A stretch of DNA of 19,827 nt from Candidatus Methanomethylicia archaeon (lineage in GTDB: Archaea; Thermoproteota; Methanomethylicia; CALHIW01): assembly GCA_038845975.1 (NCBI GenBank), contig JAWBQF010000040.1, positions 1 to 19,827 of the forward strand, given 5' to 3'. Shown piece by piece: positions 8,239 to 16,102 of this stretch (the stretch's first letter is position 1; each line of letters begins with the position of its first letter). Under the pieces are notes generated by a model. The model made no database searches, had not been told where the DNA came from, and worked only from the letters and a program-made list of their open reading frames with translations. Both the position numbers and the translations under genes were made by a program.

Positions 8239-9134
8239 GTAGAGCTGAGAGGATATGTGAGCGTCTACCTAAATTCTATAAGTCATGGATGGAGGATTCA
8301 ATCCTCTACAAGTTCATTAAAGCTGTAAGTAGTGAACTTGATGCTTGTAGGGATTTAATTGTTGAAATGATGAAATCCCACTGGGTTGATACAGCTTCTA
8401 ATAGTGACTTAGATATGATGGGCTCAATATTTAGAATTGAGAGATTAACCGGTGAGGATGATGAGCATTATAGGATACGCTTAAGGAGAGCTATAGCTGA
8501 TTTTACAGGTGGTGGTACTCTTACCTCAATATCTTCAATGTTAAGGATGCTGATTGGGGATGATTTTAAAATTGTTGAGTATCCTCCTATAGAGGGATAC
8601 TATGAGGTTAGGGTTATGTCTGGTGATACATGGATTCTTGGAAGTAATAGTGTTGAGGAATCTACATCAACAGAGATAATTATTGAAGCTGAAGATACTG
8701 TTGAGAATCCGGAGATTAAAAATTTAGATTTTAATGAGTCTATATGTTTTAATGGTAGGCTAGAGAAAGGTGATAAGCTCGTTGTAAAGGATGGTAAATG
8801 TCTACTTAATGGTGTTGATGTTACAGATAGAGCTTCAATAAATGGTTTATTAAGGCTTTATAGGAAAGCTTCAACATGGAGGTATTCTGAGCTTATTAAG
8901 GAGCGGATAGGGGTTTTCGATACTACAAGATTTGATGAAAGCATATTTGCTGTTAGTATACCTAAAGCCAAAATATCCTTTAAATGGCTGAGATATCAGC
9001 CTGCAACATTTATGGTTCAGTTAAGCCAAGAATCTTTAAATAGAAGTGGAGTATCTAAAGAATACGTGCAGGAAATTCTTAACTCTATGAAGGCTGCTGG
9101 TGTGAAAGCTATTGTTAAGGTTATGGGTGGTTAA
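8235..9134 (+). CDS. Baseplate wedge protein, P2 gpI/gp7-like, with an internal beta domain
   Basis: VDTA..SDLD.MG.IF.I.R..GEDDEHYR.RL.....FTGGGT and C-terminal MKAAGVK; ATGA overlap with baseplate J. Confidence 0.75.
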   Translation: MSRAERICERLPKFYKSWMEDSILYKFIKAVSSELDACRDLIVEMMKSHWVDTASNSDLDMMGSIFRIERLTGEDDEHYRIRLRRAIADFTGGGTLTSISSMLRMLIGDDFKIVEYPPIEGYYEVRVMSGDTWILGSNSVEESTSTEIIIEAEDTVENPEIKNLDFNESICFNGRLEKGDKLVVKDGKCLLNGVDVTDRASINGLLRLYRKASTWRYSELIKERIGVFDTTRFDESIFAVSIPKAKISFKWLRYQPATFMVQLSQESLNRSGVSKEYVQEILNSMKAAGVKAIVKVMGG

Positions 9135-9782
9135 ATGCCTAGATTTAAACCTATAATTAGAAAGCCTGGTGAACTTATTAGAGCTGAAGACTGGAATAGA
9201 ATTCAGGAGGAGATTAGTCAAGACCTTATGGAGCTTGATGGAAAGATAACTCAGCTAAAACAATATATAGATAGCCTTACTGAAACAACTACGATTCTAA
9301 ATCCTGCAAGCCCAATAGGTAAACTCTATAGTTTAAATGAGAATATACCTGGAGAAAGGTTAAACTATATGGCTACTGTTGTAGGACCAATAACAGGGCA
9401 ATGGGCATTAGAGAAGGGGAGAATTGGGGATTTATGTAGGTTTGGATTAGCAACACATCTTGAATCTCTTGACTATTGGGCTGGAGCAGAAGATGGTGAT
9501 AGGAAAGTTTTAGAAATTGTTTTCGAATATATAGATGGTACGCTAGCTACTGTTAGCGGCTTATTCATACATGAATGTTCAAAGCTAAAACCTAAAGGAA
9601 CTGATAACCCATATCTTGAATACCTTCTCTCACCAAATGAGAGGGTATGGTATAGGTATCGGGTAAGAAATCCAAACCCTGAAAAAGAAGTACTTAACAT
9701 TACATTTAGAAAAATAGATCCAGCATGCATACTAAAAATAGGAAACGTTATACACTATAAGTCAAAAATATCAGCTTTATAG
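9135..9782 (+). CDS. Putative short tail fibre / receptor-binding or fibre-attachment protein
   Basis: N-terminal KPGELIRAEDWNRIQ motif, as at fibre N-termini, then a short coiled coil and a beta domain; follows the gpI-like gene. Confidence 0.5.
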   Translation: MPRFKPIIRKPGELIRAEDWNRIQEEISQDLMELDGKITQLKQYIDSLTETTTILNPASPIGKLYSLNENIPGERLNYMATVVGPITGQWALEKGRIGDLCRFGLATHLESLDYWAGAEDGDRKVLEIVFEYIDGTLATVSGLFIHECSKLKPKGTDNPYLEYLLSPNERVWYRYRVRNPNPEKEVLNITFRKIDPACILKIGNVIHYKSKISAL

Positions 9783-9791
9783 GTAGGGATA

Positions 9792-10460
9792 TTGTTTATA
9801 GAGATTGAAGATAAAATCATTAATATATTAAGAGAGAAAGTTAAAGAAGTACCTATTGAAAACATAACTATAGGTGGAAGAGTAAATAGTAAACCATCAA
9901 TCACGGTTTCAAACACTACGTTTAAAATTAGAAAGATAAGTTTAGATGATGAGGAAGGTAATGAGATAATTGAAGTTTTTAATGGTGATGGTGCTAATAA
10001 AATATTTAAGCTAAAGGAGAAACCTATGGGTATTATTATTGTAGAATCCCCGAAAGGAAGGGTAATGAATGAAATCGATGACTACAATATAAACTATAAT
10101 GAGGGACTAATAGTTTTCCGTAATCCACCATTAAAAGGTAGAAAAAACATAATTATAAGATACATATCCTCAAAGAAGAGACTAGTAGTAGTGAAATTAA
10201 AGCTGAAAGCAAAATACAATATTAACATAGTAGCTCAGAGTAGAGAGCAGATGGATAGTCTTACCGAAGCAGTAATAAAATCCCTTACTGAATCGGAGGA
10301 TGAATTTGAGAGGATAGGAGCTATTCTTAAACCTGTTAAAGGGGAATATATAGCTGAAAACCAAATTAACCTAACATATCTAGCTGAAATCGAACTTAAA
10401 GTAGAGAAATCTATACCTCCAATAGAGAAGATAATAGTTAGTGAAAAACATGGTGTATAA
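9792..10460 (+). CDS. Putative tail terminator / cap protein (Pvc16/DUF4255-like) with an inserted beta domain
   Basis: N-terminal EIEDKIINILRE, PSITV, then YNINIVAQSREQMDSLTEAVIKSL and LTYLAEIEL...PPIE.I.V. TTG start after AGGTAGGG. Confidence 0.5.
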   Translation: MFIEIEDKIINILREKVKEVPIENITIGGRVNSKPSITVSNTTFKIRKISLDDEEGNEIIEVFNGDGANKIFKLKEKPMGIIIVESPKGRVMNEIDDYNINYNEGLIVFRNPPLKGRKNIIIRYISSKKRLVVVKLKLKAKYNINIVAQSREQMDSLTEAVIKSLTESEDEFERIGAILKPVKGEYIAENQINLTYLAEIELKVEKSIPPIEKIIVSEKHGV

Positions 10461-10949
10461 ATGAGTCAAACTAAACTACCCTATGGACCTGTAAAGCTTG
10501 TTGTTGATGCTATAGGCTTCCAAGACGGTAGATTAATACAGTTTGAAATATGGATGAAGAAAGGTGAAGAGGAGAAACTAATAAACCAGGTAAATGGAGT
10601 AATAAGAGGAGGGAGGGGGGAAGCCTTATGGATACCTCCACAAGAAGAGTATAGAGTTAAACTATCAAGAGAAATATCTACTAGTGAAGATGAGGAAATT
10701 GAAGAATACTATTTTAAAGCTAAAATCGATGATTTAGAAGTAAAGTCTCCACCTCTTATATTTACTTATCCTCTTGAAATATATCTTGAAGATGAAGATG
10801 GAAAACCAATAGATGGAGCTAAATACACCATAACGTTTTCAAATGGAAGCAAAAAAGAGGGAGTACTTCAAAAAGGATATGCAAAAATAGAGAACGCTCC
10901 AAAGGGAAGGTTTAGAATAGAGGTAGAAGGATATAGATTAAAGGAGTAG
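10461..10949 (+). CDS. Putative effector adaptor with a C-terminal transthyretin-like / carboxypeptidase-regulatory-like domain
   Basis: C-terminal LEIYLEDEDGKPIDGAKYTITFSNGSKKEGVL.KGYAKIENAPKGRFRIEV resembles TTR-like extensions of T6SS VgrG/PAAR proteins; N-terminal beta-sandwich. Confidence 0.5.
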   Translation: MSQTKLPYGPVKLVVDAIGFQDGRLIQFEIWMKKGEEEKLINQVNGVIRGGRGEALWIPPQEEYRVKLSREISTSEDEEIEEYYFKAKIDDLEVKSPPLIFTYPLEIYLEDEDGKPIDGAKYTITFSNGSKKEGVLQKGYAKIENAPKGRFRIEVEGYRLKE

Positions 10950-10953
10950 CGGA

Positions 10954-13182
10954 ATGAGTGAAAACATAGTAGCATGCATAAAAAACAGAGCAACCAAAGC
11001 CTTAGGAATACTTACCAGAGATGAAACCTATAGTGTAAGTCTTAAGCTAGGTAAAATCAAAAGTAGTATAGTTAAGCTTCAGAAGAAAACAGGAAATGGC
11101 TGGAAGGATATTAGTGTAGAGATTGACCTCCTCCAAACTAAAGATGAATTAAGGATAATTGTTGAGGATAATACAGGTTGCGGTGCTAAACTCTCTAGAG
11201 GTAACTTTTACATGCAAAATAGTAATCTAATAAAGGATATTCTTAATTTCTCAATCCCTCTTAAATTAGAGATAAGAAAATTTCATGGAGATAAGCAGCT
11301 ACCAGTTGAAGGAAGTGATGATATTCGGGCAGTAATTACAGTTATAGACCTTAGAGAAGATATAAATCAGGTTAAAGGTGTATTTTCCAGTTCCTCTAAA
11401 AACTCTGGTAAAGAATTTATTACTTTATTTAATGAAATAATACGTAACTTATCCCCGCATGATAACTGTGCTAAGACGTTAGCTCCTAAAGTTCTAGAAG
11501 CCAGATGTAGAATAAGTAAGATAATAGCAGACAGTATTCTTTTCTACTCTAATAGTAATAATAGGCTTTCTAAGTATTCTAAAGAACTAAGATTTAGTAA
11601 TAGTGTATTTGTAAATCAATGGCAGGAGGAGAAAGATGGTAATGGTATTAAATTTATTACTGCTAATATAGATTTCCGTCCACCACCAATACTTGGTGAT
11701 AATTACGCTTTTAGGATTTCTATAGAAAAGGGTCCTGACTACATTTCATCTAAACAATTCATTAAGTATAAGAATGGAAAGGATTGCTATGAAACTCCTA
11801 AAATTACTATTTGGAGAAAGATTAGGCTTAAACTGTTTGTTCAAGGAAGTAATCCAAGTGATATAAGCGTATATAATCAGATCAACTGGAGTGAGGTTAA
11901 ACAAGCTTTCAATGATGCATACATAGAGATAGAATATCCAACTACACCTCATCCTGTCGACTCTTCTCATACACATCCTCATTCACAAGTACAAGATTAT
12001 TTCTACATTATTCCTACAGATCAGTGGATTAACTATTTAGATAAATATGTATATAAAATATGGAATAATAAGGCATGGGCTTATTTAAAAAAGAATAACC
12101 TTTGTCAACTTCGAAAAGACCTTCAACAATATTCATTTCCTGCATCTTTAGCGCCAAGCGATAATAACCCTCCAACATCCTGGGATTTCTTAGGAATCTT
12201 AGCTTATGAAATCGCTAAAGATGTGATGTTGAGAGAGGAGGGAAAGACTGCTAAGCCTAATGATGCGGTATCAACTCAAGATTGCTTCTACGTTTTAGTA
12301 TGTAGACCCCCCAGTCAAAATAGTAGAATTTGGGGTGAGTTTATAGGAGGTAAGCTCTTCTACGTAGTGACACGAACAGGAAAAGATACTACAAAGTGGC
12401 TTGCACATGAAATGGGGCATGCATTATCTCTAAATCATGGTGCAACAGCATTTACGGATACTGTTTCTGGTTCTGGTATGGTTTATCCTGTTATACTTAG
12501 ATCTATGAAGAATGGTGAGGAAGGCCCAGACTGGGATTTGCATGATAGTGAGGATATGACTTCATGCATTATGTCTTATGAAAACGACTATCATGGTACT
12601 GGTGATAGTTACCACCCTAATTGGCATCGGGTTAATTGGCATTTCTGTGGGGTTTGTTTACTATTACTTAGATTCTATGATGAGGGGAGATTAAGAAAAA
12701 GTGATGTTTTCAGAAGAATTCAATACACACTTAGAAATGGAGGAAGTATAAAGATAGCTTATGCTGGTGTTGATATTTCTAAGGAGAAGCTGATAAAACC
12801 TGATGGTAGTACTGTTGAGTCTAAAAATATAGTGCTACAAAATATATCTTTTAAATCTCCTCTTAAAATGAACCAAGGAGATACATATATACTTCTTGTC
12901 CTTTACCCTAGTGAGGGAGTTATAAACAATCTTGGATATGACCACTATAAGGATGTATCCACACATCCTAGAGGGCAATGGAGATTTCTAGATCCAAATA
13001 CTAATAAGGAAGTACCTAGAAATAAAAGAGTTGTCAATATAAGTAGAGTTCGTTTTCCTGATGATACATTGTTAACGGAAATTGAAGCTGTAAGAAAGGG
13101 TCGAAATATTATTTCGTTTGGAATTCAAGGAAGTGGTAATTCGTTTATTTGGAGTGATCCATTAACTGTAGAGGTAGAATGA
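10954..13182 (+). CDS. Zinc metalloprotease (metzincin-like), candidate CIS cargo
   Basis: HEMGHALSLNH (12406-12438), Met-turn-like CIMSY (12565-12579), HFCGVC; no obvious signal peptide; sits within the tail operon. Confidence 0.7.
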   Translation: MSENIVACIKNRATKALGILTRDETYSVSLKLGKIKSSIVKLQKKTGNGWKDISVEIDLLQTKDELRIIVEDNTGCGAKLSRGNFYMQNSNLIKDILNFSIPLKLEIRKFHGDKQLPVEGSDDIRAVITVIDLREDINQVKGVFSSSSKNSGKEFITLFNEIIRNLSPHDNCAKTLAPKVLEARCRISKIIADSILFYSNSNNRLSKYSKELRFSNSVFVNQWQEEKDGNGIKFITANIDFRPPPILGDNYAFRISIEKGPDYISSKQFIKYKNGKDCYETPKITIWRKIRLKLFVQGSNPSDISVYNQINWSEVKQAFNDAYIEIEYPTTPHPVDSSHTHPHSQVQDYFYIIPTDQWINYLDKYVYKIWNNKAWAYLKKNNLCQLRKDLQQYSFPASLAPSDNNPPTSWDFLGILAYEIAKDVMLREEGKTAKPNDAVSTQDCFYVLVCRPPSQNSRIWGEFIGGKLFYVVTRTGKDTTKWLAHEMGHALSLNHGATAFTDTVSGSGMVYPVILRSMKNGEEGPDWDLHDSEDMTSCIMSYENDYHGTGDSYHPNWHRVNWHFCGVCLLLLRFYDEGRLRKSDVFRRIQYTLRNGGSIKIAYAGVDISKEKLIKPDGSTVESKNIVLQNISFKSPLKMNQGDTYILLVLYPSEGVINNLGYDHYKDVSTHPRGQWRFLDPNTNKEVPRNKRVVNISRVRFPDDTLLTEIEAVRKGRNIISFGIQGSGNSFIWSDPLTVEVE

Positions 13183-13186
13183 TGTT

Positions 13187-14626
13187 ATGAGTAGCCGTAA
13201 CCTATTATTATTGCTAGGTATTGATAGGGATTTATTTGTTAGGTTTGAATCTATTGTAGTTCATGTTTCTCTTGTAAATAATGGTTTGAAGCCTATAGCT
13301 GTTGAGGATCTTACAGCTACTAATAATCCTCTTTTCTTCAGGGCTGTTAACAATTTTGGGGGTAGGTTTAAGGGTTCTCTTCAAAGCTTCTGGATGAGGG
13401 ATGGAGTTGGTGAAGTTCCTGTAAGGGGGAAATCCATGATTACCTTAAACCCTAAGGAAGCTAGGGAAATTCACGTTGACTTGATTAAAATCTTTAATGT
13501 GTTGCCTGAAGGAAATTATAAGGTCTATGCCTACTATAGGCTAGGTACTTTATCCTTTCTTAAATCTAATATTATCAGTTTTAGGATTGTTAAGTCTAAG
13601 CCTATATATTCTATAACTTTCCAGGATTATGCTAGGAACAATATGATTCCTATTCGTACTTCCTGGATTAATGAGGGGGAAGATGGATTCTATATTTTCC
13701 TAATGGATTGTAGCTATAATCTACCTTCAAATATAATTTCTAACCGTAGAATAGCAAAGATTAATGGTTTAAGAGATATTACTTATTCTATTCCATCTGT
13801 ATATGGGCAGAATGTAGAGCATGTATTGTGGGTTGATAATGATACCTTATATGTAGCAGAGATAATTAATGGGGGCTTAGGAAATATTAGGAGGATCAAG
13901 AGACCTATAGGATATATTCTTAATCCTCCACTTACAACTGAGGATGGTGAATTAAGATTCTTAACATTTCTAGAAGGGCTTGTTAAGCTTGTAAGAATTC
14001 CCTTTAAGGGTGAGGTTATGGTTGATGATATTCTTAAGCTTAGAGGCTTACTAGATAAGTACTCCATTGTTTTCGATATGGATTCCAACCCATATTTAGT
14101 ATATAATTTAGACCGTAAAATCTATTACTTAAAGATTAATATATATGATCAGGCTAATATTGATAGGAGAGTAGACTTATTGGCTGAAGCTAATAATCCT
14201 GTTTTAAATCTTCATCTTTCAAATGCATGGAGATACGATGAGGATAGTTACCGTATATCATTAAACTATGTAGTTCAAGAGAATAATAAGCTATGCTCCT
14301 ATCTTATTGATGTAGATAATGGTAAGCATTTATCCCATGCATATACTCCACTTGAGGATATGAAGCTAAAGCTTATTCAAGTCATTCTTGACTATGACTA
14401 CAATCCCTACTTTCTTCTTCAAGATAGCTTAGGTACTCTATGGTTTAAATCATATGATGGTGAGCTTATAAAGGCTACTGGAGAGGATGAAAGATGTTCA
14501 GGTAATGTTAGCTATCCAGTAATGCTAATATCATCCAAATACAGCCGTAAATACTGTATATATCTAAGATATGTAAAGAATGAATCAACATTCACTTATA
14601 GAAAATTAAAAAGATTAATTGACTAG
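13187..14626 (+). CDS. Hypothetical protein (Ig-like N-terminus, possible beta-propeller); candidate immunity protein or chaperone
   Basis: 479-aa ORF 4 nt downstream of the protease. V.VSLVNNG..PI.V...LNPKEA...LPEGNYKV...SN pattern, then repeated short beta strands. Confidence 0.55.
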   Translation: MSSRNLLLLLGIDRDLFVRFESIVVHVSLVNNGLKPIAVEDLTATNNPLFFRAVNNFGGRFKGSLQSFWMRDGVGEVPVRGKSMITLNPKEAREIHVDLIKIFNVLPEGNYKVYAYYRLGTLSFLKSNIISFRIVKSKPIYSITFQDYARNNMIPIRTSWINEGEDGFYIFLMDCSYNLPSNIISNRRIAKINGLRDITYSIPSVYGQNVEHVLWVDNDTLYVAEIINGGLGNIRRIKRPIGYILNPPLTTEDGELRFLTFLEGLVKLVRIPFKGEVMVDDILKLRGLLDKYSIVFDMDSNPYLVYNLDRKIYYLKINIYDQANIDRRVDLLAEANNPVLNLHLSNAWRYDEDSYRISLNYVVQENNKLCSYLIDVDNGKHLSHAYTPLEDMKLKLIQVILDYDYNPYFLLQDSLGTLWFKSYDGELIKATGEDERCSGNVSYPVMLISSKYSRKYCIYLRYVKNESTFTYRKLKRLID

Positions 14627-14659
14627 TAGCTTAGTGATGTGAATAGTTAGTTTAGAATT

Positions 14660-15172
14660 TTACTTTACAGATTCCCATCTTGGGTTTGTTATTATTGTGT
14701 ATGGTTTCCATTTAGGATTTATAAGTTTCTTCTCCATTATTGGTGGTGGTGTTGGCGGTTTAGGTATTGGTGCTGTTGTTTCCCCTATAAATACTTTCCC
14801 TGTTGCTACTACCTTCCCTACTGGAGCATCTAATGGATCATTACATGTTATTGCTGTATCTCCACTTCTTGCTGCTGGTTTACCATTTATAAACACTCCT
14901 ATACTTCCAACTATTATTTTCCCCTGGTTTGATGGTGGCTTCTGAAATGATCCTCCTGGTGGAATATGTGGAGGCGTATTTATAGCTATACTATTAACTG
15001 TTGCTGCAGGCTTACCCTCTATGAAAACATCACTACTAAGATTACTATTAATTATACCATTGAATGGTAAAGTTACTGGTGTTGGTACAGGTCCTGTAGG
15101 TGAAGGCATAAGTACTATATGTATATCCTGTGCAACTATTCTATCCCCCGCTTTAGCTGCTGGTTGTCCCAT
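14660..15172 (-). CDS. PAAR-domain spike tip protein with a Pro-rich C-terminal extension
   Basis: Three PAAR-type motifs (QPAAKAGD, VFIEGKPAATVNS, VFINGKPAARSGD); candidate metal ligands H (DIHIV), H (PPHIP) and C (TCND). Confidence 0.92.
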   Translation of the reverse strand: MGQPAAKAGDRIVAQDIHIVLMPSPTGPVPTPVTLPFNGIINSNLSSDVFIEGKPAATVNSIAINTPPHIPPGGSFQKPPSNQGKIIVGSIGVFINGKPAARSGDTAITCNDPLDAPVGKVVATGKVFIGETTAPIPKPPTPPPIMEKKLINPKWKPYTIITNPRWESVK

Positions 15173-15175
15173 AGC

Positions 15176-16072
15176 TTAGCCTTTAGGCTGTGCTGCTCCA
15201 CATTTTGGACAGTATGATGCAACTAGGTTTATTACTGAACCGCAGTTTGGACATGTTTTTGTATCAGGTCCTCCTGGAGGCTGCTTCCCACATTTTGGGC
15301 AGAATAAAGCATCACTAGGCATTACAGATCCGCAATGCATACAGTACCTTCTTGCAGGCTCTACAGGTTCAGGAGGCTTAGGTGCTGCTGGAGGTGGAGA
15401 TGGCTTTCTTCTTCTTAGAAGAATAGCAGCTAATAATATAACCACAATAGCAATAACGGCTAAAATAATGTATGGTAGGAAGCTTAATACATCAAATCCT
15501 CTTGGAGGTAGTGCTACTGTAGTTTTGGTTGGAGTTGTTGCTGTAATTGGGGTTGTCGAAGCTGCTCTAACAATCAACATTAATGTTGTACTTCTTGTTA
15601 ATGTTCCAGAAACTCCAGATATAACTATATTATACGTTCCCTCCCCAACGCTTTTCCCTACGGATATGCTAACTGTAGCGCTTACCTTACCATTAGATGG
15701 AGGAGTAACACTTGATGGAGAGATTGAAACCGTTATCCCACTTGGAGAGCTTGATGATAGTGAAACAGAACTTGAAAAACCAAGTAGAGAACTTACTGTA
15801 ACTGTTACGCTCCCCCTTTCACCCTGTATAATTGTAATTGATGATGGATTAACCTCTAATGTAAAGGATGGTATTGGAGTAATTAAGGTGGGGAGAGTAA
15901 TGGGGGGAGAAATAGTTGGGGGAATGGTGGGTTTTATTGGAGAAATGAAAGTAATAGTTGCTTGAGGATTTATATTGCTTAATGAGTTCAACGGTGAAAC
16001 AGCTATTATTAATACGATAATAACAGTAAGGATTAAAACACTTAAAACTTTTCCTCCAATATTTTTCCTCAT
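15176..16072 (-). CDS. Membrane protein: signal/TM, Pro/Thr linker, Ig-like domain, TM, double zinc ribbon
   Basis: Hydrophobic N-terminus; FTLEVNPSSITIIQG...GTYNIVISG Ig-like domain; TM followed by RRRK; CMHCG..CPKCG..CPNCG..CPKCG. Confidence 0.85.
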   Translation of the reverse strand: MRKNIGGKVLSVLILTVIIVLIIAVSPLNSLSNINPQATITFISPIKPTIPPTISPPITLPTLITPIPSFTLEVNPSSITIIQGERGSVTVTVSSLLGFSSSVSLSSSSPSGITVSISPSSVTPPSNGKVSATVSISVGKSVGEGTYNIVISGVSGTLTRSTTLMLIVRAASTTPITATTPTKTTVALPPRGFDVLSFLPYIILAVIAIVVILLAAILLRRRKPSPPPAAPKPPEPVEPARRYCMHCGSVMPSDALFCPKCGKQPPGGPDTKTCPNCGSVINLVASYCPKCGAAQPKG

Positions 16073-16094
16073 AAATCCCTAAGCACACGCCTAC

Positions 16095-16102
16095 TTATAT
16101 AT
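16095..16102 (-). promoter_or_regulatory. TATA box for the zinc-ribbon/PAAR operon (probably leaderless)
   Basis: ATATATAA on the minus strand, 22 nt upstream of ATG 16072. Confidence 0.45.

Noticed and set aside
364-10460. Intact prophage / provirus
   Set aside because: No head, packaging, replication or integrase genes in the window; the operon starts at the sheath with its own promoter. It cannot be fully excluded beyond the window edges.
3723-14088. Antisense ORFs 3723-3941, 9036-9221, 9473-9730, 11746-11982, 13783-14088
   Set aside because: Short, and lie within longer coupled genes on the opposite strand.
364-15172. Canonical type VI secretion system
   Set aside because: No TssJLM, TssK, TssA or ClpV; single-chain sheath; tape-measure and chaperone-like genes are present.
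14697-16088. ORFs 14697-14945 (+), 15468-15965 (+), 15849-16088 (-)
   Set aside because: Shadow or alternative frames of the PAAR and zinc-ribbon genes; their Gly/Val richness mirrors Pro/Thr codons.
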